DNA of 63,978 bases, the filler included, from Stramenopiles sp. TOSAG23-3 (taxonomy: Eukaryota), in NCBI GenBank assembly GCA_900128585.1. It is 3 parts of 3 records of this genome, joined end to end, with 100 filler letters (N's around TTAATTAATTAA, not from the genome) between each part and the next. Parts side by side here need not be neighbours in the genome. Positions count along the whole stretch, not along the records: positions 21,490 to 42,856 come from LT642359.1; positions 42,957 to 63,978 come from LT642364.1; 1 more part is not named here. One strand, written 5' to 3'. Positions within the stretch are counted from its first letter, which is position 1. Each line of letters begins with the position of its first letter. Positions 33,220 through 43,952 of the stretch are shown here, piece by piece. The notes beneath the pieces are model-generated. The model worked only from the letters and a program-made list of their open reading frames with translations, searched no databases and was not told where the DNA came from. The translations under genes were made by a program, and so were the position numbers.

Positions 33220-35823
33220 TTAAATCTTGTTGTTGAAAGTCTCATCATCTTTCACTGCTAAACTTACAAGATTATCGGCATGCCGATTGTAAATCTTATA
33301 GTTGACAAGTGCTACAAAGAACATCCCAAGCCCTATGTATCCATTGCGCATGATAATGTTCAACGGGTTCCCATCGAGCACGACAGACACAGAATCGCTC
33401 AGATTAAAATCTTTAAAACAAGGGTCCGACAACCCTGGAATGCCCGTAGCGGAAGCGCCAAAAAACAAAAACGTGTACAACATGCTGATAATCGTTCCAC
33501 ATATCAAATTGGCTCTCATTGCAGTCGATAAATTATTCCACTGTGTTAATTCTTTTCGTTTTATGGACTTCAACGCATTCAGTTTATCAAGCTTATCTAC
33601 GGCCTCGTCAAAGGTCTCATCGGGCTTGCTTAATTCTTCGTAATGCTCGGCCCTTGTCTTGTTGATGTAGTACATAGCCAACATCATTGCCCCACTTTGA
33701 ACTACTGTTGTCCCAGACATGAACAGGCTGGACAAAGTTCTATACAGGCTGCTCTCATTTTCTTTATTTTTGAATGCCCCTGTCATCACCGTCGGGACAA
33801 TCAGCACGAGAATTGGTACGGTTCCAAGAAGCATTTGCCAGAGGTTGCATCTTAGTATTCCGGTGGTAACACTTGTCGGCCAATCTGGACCACCGCATAA
33901 AATGACGACCTTCGCTAAATTAAGCCCCGGAACCACGAGTATTTTCTTAATCGCTCTAGTGGTAGGAGAATTTATGCCGATAAGAGCTCTAATCCATACC
34001 CTCGACCCTGCCATTTTTTCGCCAAATATTTTTTGCTGCACTACGACCGCGTTGAGTTTTAACACGAAGCAGACCAGGCAGACCAGGATAGAAGATTGCC
34101 AGAACCCAATGACACTTTCGCCGACACGGGTAACCACGACCCCCCCTACTAAGTAGACAGGCACGCCAGGGATAGCTGGGTTGAGGAACATCAGCAGCCC
34201 AACAAGGTAAAACACTCCAATAATTCCCAAGAACGGCAAACTTGATTGCATCCAATCGCTCAACATGGACAGGATAACATACACAAACTTGGTGATCAAA
34301 ATATTTACTGAAAACAAGAGAAACCCCCATACCATGCTCCAGGTAAGAACGTAAGCGAGATGCCAATTCTTTATCAGCCTCCATTGATTGTGAAAGATAA
34401 GGGTTGTTCTCAATTTCTTCTCTTCTTCAGCCTCCATTAATTTCCCGTCGCCATCAATCGCAAAGTCGTACGCGCACGGGACCGTTTTTCGTATGAACTG
34501 GTTAAGGCAGCTGATGAGGTAGAAGAACGCGTACGGGACTGCAAAAAACAAAACAGCGAGACCTTTTACGGAGTCCCACTCTGCGAGCGCTTTGACGCCT
34601 TCATTCTGAGACAAATCCTTTTCAAGGGATTGCCACCCCAGGGACGATGCCAAAAAATTCACGGTCGCTACTATGCCAAATATCGAGAAGCTTACCACAA
34701 GGTCGGACACTCCAGAATTTGCCATCGTCAACGCAGAGCCCAGGTAGACTCCCATCATCGATATGGCAAGGAGAAATCCAAACACTTTCAACAGCTTTTT
34801 CGATTTTTTCTGCACCCCAGCCAATATGTAAGACAACGTCTGGCAAATCCCAGCAAAGAACACCGCCACAAAGGCGGTGCCTAACATTCCGTAAAATATC
34901 ATAAACGAACCAAGCTGGCACTTTACGTCTGCAGGACGTAAGAGTGACCATTCATTGCAAAACTCGGGGGCAAAGTCATGGGTAGAGTTTATGGGGTTGT
35001 AGCGGGAAGGATTTATCTGCGATCCGATTTCCCCCACAGGGGCGGGTGAGGTGCAATATAGGTACTCCTTGTCGGCCTCATCGTATCGGATATATGGGGT
35101 GCAAAACAGTCGACCGTTCAGTTTCACCCGTGCCTTCGCCATATCTCCTTGCGCGTACTCCAACCCCCACACTATCCAGACCAAGAGGCATATCAGCCCG
35201 GCCGTCAAGTATGCGCCTGCAACTGCGGACATGTAGTGAGACTCATGCACCCCCTTGAAGAACACAGATTTGCAAACCGCATAATATATCGGAACAAATA
35301 TGTAGAACAAGAACAGGGGTAGCTCAGGAGAGGTATTTGCCCGGGTCCAAAGTCCTCCAATAATCAGGCTTAGTATAATTACCAGCACGATATTCTTAAA
35401 AGTGTTCCAACGGCCTTTCCAGTACGAGAAGTCGAACAAATAAAGCAACAAGAGAATTGATACACCCCCGCCCAAGAGAAAGGGCGACAAGCTAGCTTGC
35501 GATTTTAGGTACCCCAGGAGCTGAAGTCCCCACCCTATCTGTGTGAAGGCCGACCCGTAGGCAAAAAACGGAATAATCCCCAGGAACAAACAGAAGAAGT
35601 AATACTGTATTTGCAGACCAAACGAAATATCAACGTATCTTGCGGCAAGTTGATTCTGCCTGGCAGCCATGTGAGTTTTTCGGCTTTTCAATGCACCGGA
35701 GGGTTTGTCCTGGGGCTCGCCTCCGTCCGAAGAGCCACCATCACTACCCGACTCAGGAACAAACCTATCAAAGTCTGGTTCCGGCAACTCAAAGTTTTGC
35801 TCCGCGGCACCGTTTGAAGACAT
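33220..35823 (-). CDS. Polytopic membrane protein with a C-terminal DedA/VTT (SNARE-associated, TMEM64/Tvp38-like) region
   Basis: More than 15 hydrophobic segments. The motifs LMFLNPAIPGVPVYLVGG and ILCGGPDWPTSVTTGILRCNLWQMLLGT resemble VTT re-entrant helices. The ORF is certain; the family call is tentative. Confidence 0.7.
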   Translation of the reverse strand: MSSNGAAEQNFELPEPDFDRFVPESGSDGGSSDGGEPQDKPSGALKSRKTHMAARQNQLAARYVDISFGLQIQYYFFCLFLGIIPFFAYGSAFTQIGWGLQLLGYLKSQASLSPFLLGGGVSILLLLYLFDFSYWKGRWNTFKNIVLVIILSLIIGGLWTRANTSPELPLFLFYIFVPIYYAVCKSVFFKGVHESHYMSAVAGAYLTAGLICLLVWIVWGLEYAQGDMAKARVKLNGRLFCTPYIRYDEADKEYLYCTSPAPVGEIGSQINPSRYNPINSTHDFAPEFCNEWSLLRPADVKCQLGSFMIFYGMLGTAFVAVFFAGICQTLSYILAGVQKKSKKLLKVFGFLLAISMMGVYLGSALTMANSGVSDLVVSFSIFGIVATVNFLASSLGWQSLEKDLSQNEGVKALAEWDSVKGLAVLFFAVPYAFFYLISCLNQFIRKTVPCAYDFAIDGDGKLMEAEEEKKLRTTLIFHNQWRLIKNWHLAYVLTWSMVWGFLLFSVNILITKFVYVILSMLSDWMQSSLPFLGIIGVFYLVGLLMFLNPAIPGVPVYLVGGVVVTRVGESVIGFWQSSILVCLVCFVLKLNAVVVQQKIFGEKMAGSRVWIRALIGINSPTTRAIKKILVVPGLNLAKVVILCGGPDWPTSVTTGILRCNLWQMLLGTVPILVLIVPTVMTGAFKNKENESSLYRTLSSLFMSGTTVVQSGAMMLAMYYINKTRAEHYEELSKPDETFDEAVDKLDKLNALKSIKRKELTQWNNLSTAMRANLICGTIISMLYTFLFFGASATGIPGLSDPCFKDFNLSDSVSVVLDGNPLNIIMRNGYIGLGMFFVALVNYKIYNRHADNLVSLAVKDDETFNNKI

Positions 35824-37792
35824 CTTTCCGTTCGGATAAAAGGGGCTTTATAGTGCAGTGATTGTTACAATAAACGCTTGTTGGTTGTGCGGGCCAACAG
35901 AAACTGTTCGAGTGGTCTTTTTGGATGCATTCGCACTAAACCATGTTAAACCAGACCCAATTAAAACTTATTACTTCTCTCTTCATTATCAGTAACTCTT
36001 CTCACCACATACAAAAAAAAATGAGGAAGAAAGAAGAAGAAGAAAAAATAAATAATAATAATAAAAAATATATCACCAGAGTATTTTCTTAATGCTATAT
36101 AGTGTAGTATAGTATTATTATTTATTTTTTTCCTCATTTTTTTAGCAGGCGACAAGACCTGAATTATTTTTATTATATAAATAATATATAATAAATTTCT
36201 TCTTCGTCGTCGTCGGCTTTAAGACTTTTCCCCTGTTATTACCTGTACTTGGAACAGGATTATTGACGATATTTTATTTTAAAAAAATAATAAAATAATA
36301 ATAATATAATGGAAGAAGAAGAAAAAATAATTAAAATTATTGGCTAATTGCTTTTTGCTTACACAGTACACAGTACACAGTATTGCTCTTATTCATTGAT
36401 AATATAGTGGTCATATTTTTATTCTCTCATTCATTATTATTGTACCTGACTATTACGGATAAAAATAGAAAACCATATCGTAGTCTCACATTGCCAAGGC
36501 TGTTAAAAAAAAAAAAGATTTAATTAAAATAAACACAGTACTGTAACAACAAAGAACAAAAAATTCCATTCCGTTATCTAGAGTTTATTTTGCTCTGTGA
36601 GCTTGCTTGCTATATAGTATAATACTATATATAATCCACGTGGAATACGATAATAGATTTTTTTTAAATAATAGGCGCACCCAAATACCCAAATGTACAT
36701 AGTAATAATGTGAACAATGGAAACACTCTCTAGCACTTTAAATTAGAAACCTTCTTCGTTTCATTAATTAGATGCAGTCATGATGCTGAGTCACCTTTCC
36801 TTCTTCACCTTATTACAATATAATGTTTAAAAAAACAATTAGTTTATTCCAGTTTTCCCACTTGTTTCGAGAGAATTCAAACTAAATGGTTTATTAGTGC
36901 CAATTACAGTAGCTATAACAAGAACTGTATACAGATGTAAATGTAATTGAAGTACCACGAAGCTATATGGCTGTAATTTAAAAATTCAGAAAAACATTTC
37001 TCTTTCGTTTGATGAGTTTAGCTAATAAAGAACAAGTTTGTATGTGCACATAGTTATCCTTAACTATTTAAAAAAATGAAGTTCTCAATGTTGTGTGAAT
37101 GTTAAAGAAATAAAAAAAATCGATTTTATATGTGGTCTACCTGATTTTATTCACTACTACATTATACTTATTTATATATATTTGTATAGTACTGTAACAA
37201 AGTATAGGTGATATGAATGTATAAATATACACCACACAGTACAATGAAGAGGAGGCAGTCCTGGTTGTTTAGTTGTTTTAGTAGTATTTTAAGTATAAAA
37301 TGGAGAGGAGAGAGATAGAAGAACAAGAAGAAGAAGAAGAAGAAGCAAAAGAAGAGAGAATTGTATTACATTATGTACGGTATTGGTACACTTTACAATC
37401 GATATAAATAAACTACGAACAGCAATATCATCATCATTTTAATTATTTTAGAAGAGGAGGAGGAGAGAAGAAGAAGAGGAGGAGGCTTCTTCTTCTTCTT
37501 CTTTATTATTTTTTTATTATTATTTTACTACTACAGGAGGTGGTGGTGGTGTATAAAATAATAATAATATTTTATTATTATTATTTTTTTTATTATTTTA
37601 TTGTTTATTATTATTAATACAGTAATATCAAAAACAATTATCGAAACAACACAGTTTTTTTAAAAATATCCAGAGTAACAGAAATTGCTGAAAACGGTTA
37701 AGAATTGATTTCATCATCGACAATTAACAAACCTTTACTTACCCAAACCACCGCCATTATATCGCAATTGCCCAAAGGGATCCCAACGCACT

Positions 37793-38923
37793 ATGCCTCT
37801 TGAGTGCACTATGATATGCATGGACAACTCGGAGTTCATGCGTAACGGAGACTTTTCTCCAACTCGCTTCGAATCTCAATACGATGCCGTCAGTATGCTA
37901 ATCACCTCAAAGACTAATGCGAACCCAGAAAGCACCGTAGGAATTTTGACGATGGCAGGCAGAAGTGTCCAGGTTGTTGCCTCCCCAACGGATGAACAAG
38001 CAAAGTTGCTTTCCTCCCTCCACGGCCTTTCGCTTGGTGGTTCGTGCAACGTGCCTGCCGCCCTGCAAGTTGCCATGTTGGCGTTGAAGCACCGAAACAA
38101 TAAGCGGGGGAGTCAACGCATCATACTTTTTGTAGGCAGCCCCGTCGAAGCGGAAGAAAAGGCCATGAAACGGGTAGGAAAGATCATGAAGAAAAACAAC
38201 ATAGCCCTGGACATTATAAGCGTCGGTGAGAACGCCGTGAATCAGCAGACACTGGAAGGCCTACTAGAAGCGGTAAACAAAAATGATAATAGTCACTACG
38301 TTGAAGTTCCCCCTGGGATGATCGCGTCGGACGTTATCCGAAAGTCTCCCATTGTTGGCGGCGGGAGCAGTGGGGCTTCTGCTGCTGGGGGCGGTGATTT
38401 TGGAGAGTTTGGCGGGATCGATCCCAACATGGACCCAGAAATGGCCATGGCGTTGCGTCTATCTATGGAAGAGGCCAGACAGGCCGGTGGAGGCAGTGAT
38501 GACCCTGCCACTGGTGCACCCGCAGAGGCAAACATGGAAGATGACGAAGATGCGTTGCTCCAGCAAGCATTACAGATGTCTATGGCCGCTGCCATGGGCG
38601 ATGCTGGCGCCGACCAGGATGTTTCAGCGGATGCCATGGACAGCAACACCGTGGCGGCGGAAGCCGAAAGCCCGGCTTCCTCGCCAGCGACCGCATCCTC
38701 CGAGGCGACTGCACCCGTTGAAAAAGTAGAAGAAAGCTCCTCGATCGATGCTGCATCTGAACAATTTTCTGACCCAAGTTTTGTCAATCAGCTTTTGTCT
38801 GATTTGCCTGGTGTCGATATGAATGATCCACAAATTCAAGCTGCAATGGCGGCATTGGGGGCCGGCGCGGCCTCTGCCTCTGATGCACAGAATAAAGACA
38901 AAGACAAAAAAGAAGAGAAGTGA
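37793..38923 (+). CDS. RPN10: 26S proteasome ubiquitin receptor Rpn10/PSMD4
   Basis: vWA domain (CMDNSEFMRNGDFSPTRF, ALKHRNNK..QRIILFVGSP), UIMs (DPEMAMALRLSMEE, DALLQQALQMSM) and C-terminal DPSFVNQLLSDLPGVDMNDP. Confidence 0.97.
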   Translation: MPLECTMICMDNSEFMRNGDFSPTRFESQYDAVSMLITSKTNANPESTVGILTMAGRSVQVVASPTDEQAKLLSSLHGLSLGGSCNVPAALQVAMLALKHRNNKRGSQRIILFVGSPVEAEEKAMKRVGKIMKKNNIALDIISVGENAVNQQTLEGLLEAVNKNDNSHYVEVPPGMIASDVIRKSPIVGGGSSGASAAGGGDFGEFGGIDPNMDPEMAMALRLSMEEARQAGGGSDDPATGAPAEANMEDDEDALLQQALQMSMAAAMGDAGADQDVSADAMDSNTVAAEAESPASSPATASSEATAPVEKVEESSSIDAASEQFSDPSFVNQLLSDLPGVDMNDPQIQAAMAALGAGAASASDAQNKDKDKKEEK

Positions 38924-40224
38924 ACCATCAAAAGATTGCCTCATCAAGTGTGAATACAAGTACTAAATGTTGTATAGTAGTAGGGAGTAAACAGTTTTTT
39001 GTTTTTCTTCGTCGTTGTTTTGTGTTACAAATTATAGGGGAAAATATTAAAAATAGTAAAGGAATAGCACTACGAACATACAATTAAATGTTATTTAAGA
39101 AATCAATCGATTTCACTGTTAACACAATAATATATCGAAATACCATAGCTTTGCAAAGATTGATCAAAATTATTTTCAAAAAAAAATCTGAAGAAGAAGG
39201 AAATCACGCACTCGTCACTCCCACATTACAACAAGCTGTATTGAATAAAAGTACAAGCGATAACATTGTAGAAACGATGTGTGATGATGATATTTACTGA
39301 AGAATATTTTATAGAGCAATACAAGGAGCAAGGAGCAAGGAACAAGGTGTCATTCATTTTTATTTCAAGAAAAGAAAAGAAGACGAATGGAATGTAATAA
39401 AACAATGAAAAACTAAAACTTCATTTAAACTGATACAGTGTTTGTTTGACTGTATTACTATTCAATACTACCTAATCTTGTTTATTTGCCTTCCTTCCTT
39501 CCTACTACCGGTACGCTCCTTAAGTAAAATTACAAAGAGAAGTATTTATACTGTAGAACAACACTCTGCCAGTTTAATTTAATTTGATTGTTCAGTTCGT
39601 TTTCTTCTTCTTCTGAAGAACATTCTTTTTATTTTTTTAATTTCATTTCGTTTTATTGTAGTTAGTTGTATTGTGTATAAATATAGTAAATATCTCCTAT
39701 ATTTTATTAAGCTATATATTTCTTATCAACATTTTTCCTATTAAATTATACTTTTCATAATACTCAGAATACGATGGATTGTGGTTGTAATGTACAATAT
39801 ATTCAGGTATTCAGGCTTCCCTTATTATTTACAGGTTAACAGGTAAATACAACTAAAAAACCGGTGTCCGCCTCCTCCCGTCGTCGTTGTGTTCTTGCTC
39901 AATCATTCTTCGTTATTATTCGTCTCATCGTCGTTCGTCGTCTTCTCTTATACCGTATTATTATTATTATTATGTAATTATTATTATACAGAAAAAAGAA
40001 GAAGAAGAAGAAAGAGAAGAAGAAAAAAAGATGATGATTGTTTTGTATTAACTCTTTTGTATATTGCATATTGCAAGTGGAAGAAAAGAACTTGCAGAAA
40101 GGAACATTCCCACTGAAAAAACAAATAACATTACTGTTGTAGACAAAGCATACTAAGCTGGATTAAGTTGAATTCTCGATTTGCACCTGTTACATTGCCC
40201 ACGCTTACTCCGTTGCTGCCATCT

Positions 40225-40829
40225 ATGGGTAACCTGTTTCAGAAACTTCTGTCTTCATTTTATACGAAGAACTTGGAAGTTGTCCTTGTGGGGCTAGAAA
40301 ATGCTGGTAAAACCACTTTTGTCAACGTCATGTCCATGGGGGGGGCGGTAGAAACTGCCCCAACCATTGGTCTAAATGTCAAAATTGTAAAGAAGGGAAA
40401 CGTCAAAATGAAATGTTGGGATATTGGTGTAAGTTCAGCTTCGGCGACACAATTTTTTCCGTCTGTACTAACTTTTTTGTTTTCTCTCTCTCTCTCTAGG
40501 GACAAGAACAATATCGCGGTGAATGGGGAAGATATACGAGAGGCTGTGATGTTATCATTTTTGTCGTTGATTCTTTCGCAACAGAGAAAATAGCAACAGC
40601 GCGCAGAGAATTGCATCGCCTTCTAGAAGACCGCCAACTTGCTACCACCCCTCTCCTGATTCTCTCGAACAAAATTGACTTAACGCCGCACTTATCTGAG
40701 TCAGACTTAATCAGAGAGTTAAACCTTGAATATATTACTGATAATCCGTGGCTTATTATTCCGATATCGGCGGTAAAGCAAACCAACATTGACCAAGTTG
40801 TAACCTGGTTGATTGAAAAGGGACGGTAA
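40225..40829 (+). CDS. ARF-like GTPase of the Arl8/Arl18 group (177 aa); exons 40225-40428 and 40500-40829
   Basis: Motifs GLENAGKT, PTIGLN, WDIG|GQ and NKIDL. A 71-nt GTAAGT..TACTAAC..TAG intron. Gly2 is present. Confidence 0.9.
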
Positions 40830-41322
40830 TGAGACCAATGCCGCAACACGTTGGGGCAGTACACCGTCAAATATTTTATCTGATCCCATTTTTATTTTAA
40901 ACTTTTAAAACTCTTTTGTTTTTAATTTACGAAAAAACAAGGTCTTACATGTGCTAAAAATACGACGATTAAGTTTATGTGAAAACAANNNNNNNNNNNN
41001 TTTTAAGACTCTCATTTTATAAATCAAATACTACTTCAAATCCAACCCTAATCCTATCTCGATTTTTTAATTTGATTTTTAGTTTCGTTTCGTCGTTGAT
41101 GGTTGTCAATCATCATCACAGAGGAATTATTTTTGTTCCTATTCCAATGAGAAGAATTATAGTATACTTTAAGACTCTTCTTCTGGCTTTCTCCCATATG
41201 TCTTACTTTGTACACAATCATGTACGCATATACGAGTTAATTAACACAAACATAATTGGTAAAACTGGGTCGTTTAAAAATGATTTCTGCCTACCATGGT
41301 AGGGGCAACTTACGAGTAACGT

Positions 41323-42768
41323 TTAGCGCAACGAATCCCCCTGCAGTGAAAATCGAGGAGAATGGGCACGACCAACCCCACTACTGAACCTTACTTTTAC
41401 AGTAGGCAACTCATCTTCGCCAGCATGTTCTTCACTGAGTGCAACTGAATGCTCTTTCTTTTGTGTGGGTTGGGGATTGCACAACCCAAGACTCAATCGT
41501 GCGTTGTATGTAGGGACATTTTCTAAATTGCCGATATCGCCTGGTTTAAAACTGCTGCTAACGTTGCCGGACCGGTCCATAAATTCTCTGGGAACGCTGA
41601 TGTGAAACGGGCTGTTTGATGCTGCCTTTGCCCCTTTATTATTCTTTTGTTGCATATCCAAAATTCCTAACCCTTTTGTGCGTGCTTCTAGCTGAACCAT
41701 ACCCTGGTTTTTTGCCATTCGGTTGCGAATGTTCATTGAACGGGATATTTCTGGATCGTCCCCTTCGCGTACCTTCTTGTTCTGAAGATTCTGTTTCATC
41801 ATAGCACGCAGTTCCGCAGCACTCCGTTGCGGGCTATCGTAAATGCTCCCACTGACCGCTCGCGCCGAAGAGCGAACTCCGACAGAAGGGGCTTTTGAGT
41901 TTGCTTGGGCCACTTCGTCGACAATCACATTCTGTGGCAGTGTACGTGAAACTGGTGGGCTTTCAAGCACGCCTAATAACTGCTTTGCAGAGGGGCGCAC
42001 GGCTGCATCTAATTGCAGAGTGGCTTGAACAATCTTCCGAGCAACATGGTCTCTGTCAAGGCAAGCATCTGGGAGCTCCTCATAATTGCACCGCAAAATA
42101 TTTAAAATGAGTGCGGCCATGTTCCCCCCACAAAATGGCTTTTTCAATGCACACAGCTCGTATAGGACACACCCTAGCGCCCAGATGTCGGATTTACTGT
42201 TATATGGGCGGTTCTCGCACAATTCTGGGGACAAGTAGTAAGGGGTACCCACCATAGTATTTGCCATGTCCGCAGTGGTGGCCAATACTTTAGCAATTCC
42301 AAAATCGCCAATTTTGACGGTCGAGCTGGCCCCAGTTAAAAAAATGTTTGCTGTTTTAATGTCTCGATGGACAATTTTATTCGAATGAACAAAGTCAATT
42401 CCAGAGGCGAGCTGCTCAAACCAGGTCATCGCCAGGTCGATTGGAATCTTAGTCCCGCCCAATTGCGCTTCTTTCACTTTATCTTCCAACGTACCGCTAT
42501 CGGCATAGTCCAACACTATATGGAGGCAGCCTTCGTCGAAAAATGCTTCATGGTAAGCAATTATATTTTTGTGTTGTAGTTTTGAAAGAATAGAAACCTC
42601 TTGAAGAGCGTCTGACTTCTCCTTCGAGCTCATATTTCGGACGTTGACTTTCTTTATTACTAGAGCCAACCCATCTTCCCTCCTACGACTAAGAACAGCC
42701 ACCCCAAAGGCGCCTTGGCCAATCGTGGCAAGTGCTTCGTATCGTTCGCTTCCAGAAACGCTTGACAT
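41323..42768 (-). CDS. NIMA-related (NEK) Ser/Thr kinase
   Basis: Motifs IGQGAFG, VIKKV, HRDIKTANIFL, KIGDFGIAK, GTPYYLSPELCENRPYNSKSDIWALGC, followed by a disordered C-tail. ATG at 42768. Confidence 0.95.
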   Translation of the reverse strand: MSSVSGSERYEALATIGQGAFGVAVLSRRREDGLALVIKKVNVRNMSSKEKSDALQEVSILSKLQHKNIIAYHEAFFDEGCLHIVLDYADSGTLEDKVKEAQLGGTKIPIDLAMTWFEQLASGIDFVHSNKIVHRDIKTANIFLTGASSTVKIGDFGIAKVLATTADMANTMVGTPYYLSPELCENRPYNSKSDIWALGCVLYELCALKKPFCGGNMAALILNILRCNYEELPDACLDRDHVARKIVQATLQLDAAVRPSAKQLLGVLESPPVSRTLPQNVIVDEVAQANSKAPSVGVRSSARAVSGSIYDSPQRSAAELRAMMKQNLQNKKVREGDDPEISRSMNIRNRMAKNQGMVQLEARTKGLGILDMQQKNNKGAKAASNSPFHISVPREFMDRSGNVSSSFKPGDIGNLENVPTYNARLSLGLCNPQPTQKKEHSVALSEEHAGEDELPTVKVRFSSGVGRAHSPRFSLQGDSLR

Positions 42769-42856
42769 TGTGGTGGCGCGCCGAGTGATCAATTTCAACA
42801 GTGTAGTTGAAAGTTAAACGAACTTGCGGGGTTGCTCTTTGTTTTCCTGGGGGGGG

Positions 42857-42956
42857 NNNNNNNNNNNNNNNNNNNNNNNNNNNNNNNNNNNNNNNNNNNN
42901 TTAATTAATTAANNNNNNNNNNNNNNNNNNNNNNNNNNNNNNNNNNNNNNNNNNNN
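42857..42956. other. Artificial scaffold spacer (44 N + TTAATTAATTAA + 44 N)
   Basis: Same 100-bp construct as 21390-21489. Confidence 0.95.
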
Positions 42957-42957
42957 A

Positions 42958-43458
42958 GTCCATAGAGAGGACAATGACGTTGAAATCAATTTCATGGACG
43001 ATGTTCCCGGTCGAAAATCTAGTGTTAGCGTCAGCAGCAGTCCCCCTTCATTACAAAAAAAAGAATTGCCGAAAAGTAAGCTGGGAACCCAGTCGTGGTC
43101 TCGGTCGTCTGCAGTAAGTGATGCGAGCATCTCGCTTGGAGCTATGTCAACAAAAAAACCGAAATTGGAGCCCGAAGTTGGCCCCGATAACACACAACGC
43201 TCGATATTGTGGGCAGACGCGAGTGTCCAGCACCAATTGAATTTAGCAAACGAGAATTTGGAACGAGAAGAAATCGAACAGAAAATTGTCCAGGACCTAT
43301 CCGCGCTGAAAAAACATTTAGACCGTTTTGAGCTTCAGAATAGAGAAACAAAACCAACGCGTGCATCTATCGAACTGACCACTGCTTTTGAGAAAACATT
43401 TTCGTTAATCGAAGGCAAAGTACAAGAACTGCAGAAAGAAATACAGAAATTGGTTTGA
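42958..43458 (+). CDS. 3' part of an uncharacterised Ser-rich/coiled-coil protein, 5' end probably lost in the gap
   Basis: The frame is open from the gap edge to TGA 43458 and has coding-like composition. Confidence 0.6.
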   Translation, partial: VHREDNDVEINFMDDVPGRKSSVSVSSSPPSLQKKELPKSKLGTQSWSRSSAVSDASISLGAMSTKKPKLEPEVGPDNTQRSILWADASVQHQLNLANENLEREEIEQKIVQDLSALKKHLDRFELQNRETKPTRASIELTTAFEKTFSLIEGKVQELQKEIQKLV

Positions 43459-43461
43459 GCG

Positions 43462-43710
43462 CACCCGCGCACCATTTAAGATTTTGAGGTGTTGTACAAT
43501 GAGTTGGAAAATTGGCGTCAGCACGAGACGAGGCGGATTAACGAGAAGGAGCGGTTAGAAGAGCAGACCAAGCTCCTCTCGAAGCAAACGAAGCTGGTGC
43601 AAACGATCGACCGGTTGAAAATAGGTAGGGGCGTACATAAAGAATTTTTGGGCTTGATGTCGGCGCCGAAGCAGTGGCAAATGAGCGACGGGGACGTCGC
43701 GGACACTCCG
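43462..43710 (+). pseudogene. IQUB: Internal fragment of IQUB/FAP253 (IQ and ubiquitin-like domain ciliary protein), with a stop and deletions
   Basis: Reads HPRTI*DFEVLYNELENWRQHETRRINE..LLSKQTKLVQTIDRLK..FLGLMSAPKQWQMSDG..DTP, matching the conserved IQUB block (P.T..DFE.LYN.LE.WR; FL...SAPK.W) from memory. Confidence 0.78.
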
Positions 43711-43952
43711 AAATTAAAGCTTAAAAAGACTTCGTAAGAGTATTAAAAACAAATTATATTTGTAATGCTTTAAGATTATAGAAAAAGCAAGAAAATTGGC
43801 TGTTAATTAAAAATATAAAATATATAGTATTGGCTGTTAATTTAATATATAAGTGTAGTATATGATGTGCATTTGTTTTTAACACTTAATGCACGCACCA
43901 TACCACACACACACACACACGCATTATTATTTTCCCGGGAAAATGACCGAGT

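Noticed and set aside
35960..37660. (AAT)n, (GAA)n and (GAG)n tracts and their small ORFs in AT-rich spacers
   Set aside because: Simple low-complexity promoter DNA. The translated ORFs are compositional artefacts.
21390..42956. TTAATTAATTAA palindromes embedded in N runs (21434-21445 and 42901-42912)
   Set aside because: Identical 100-bp constructs with stops in all six frames are an assembly linker. Gene adjacency across them is unverified.
19638..43478. Stop-codon reassignment suggested by in-frame stops (19638, 27958, 43477)
   Set aside because: Conserved genes terminate normally with TAA, TAG and TGA and have no internal stops. The affected loci at 19638 and 43477 also show other signs of decay.
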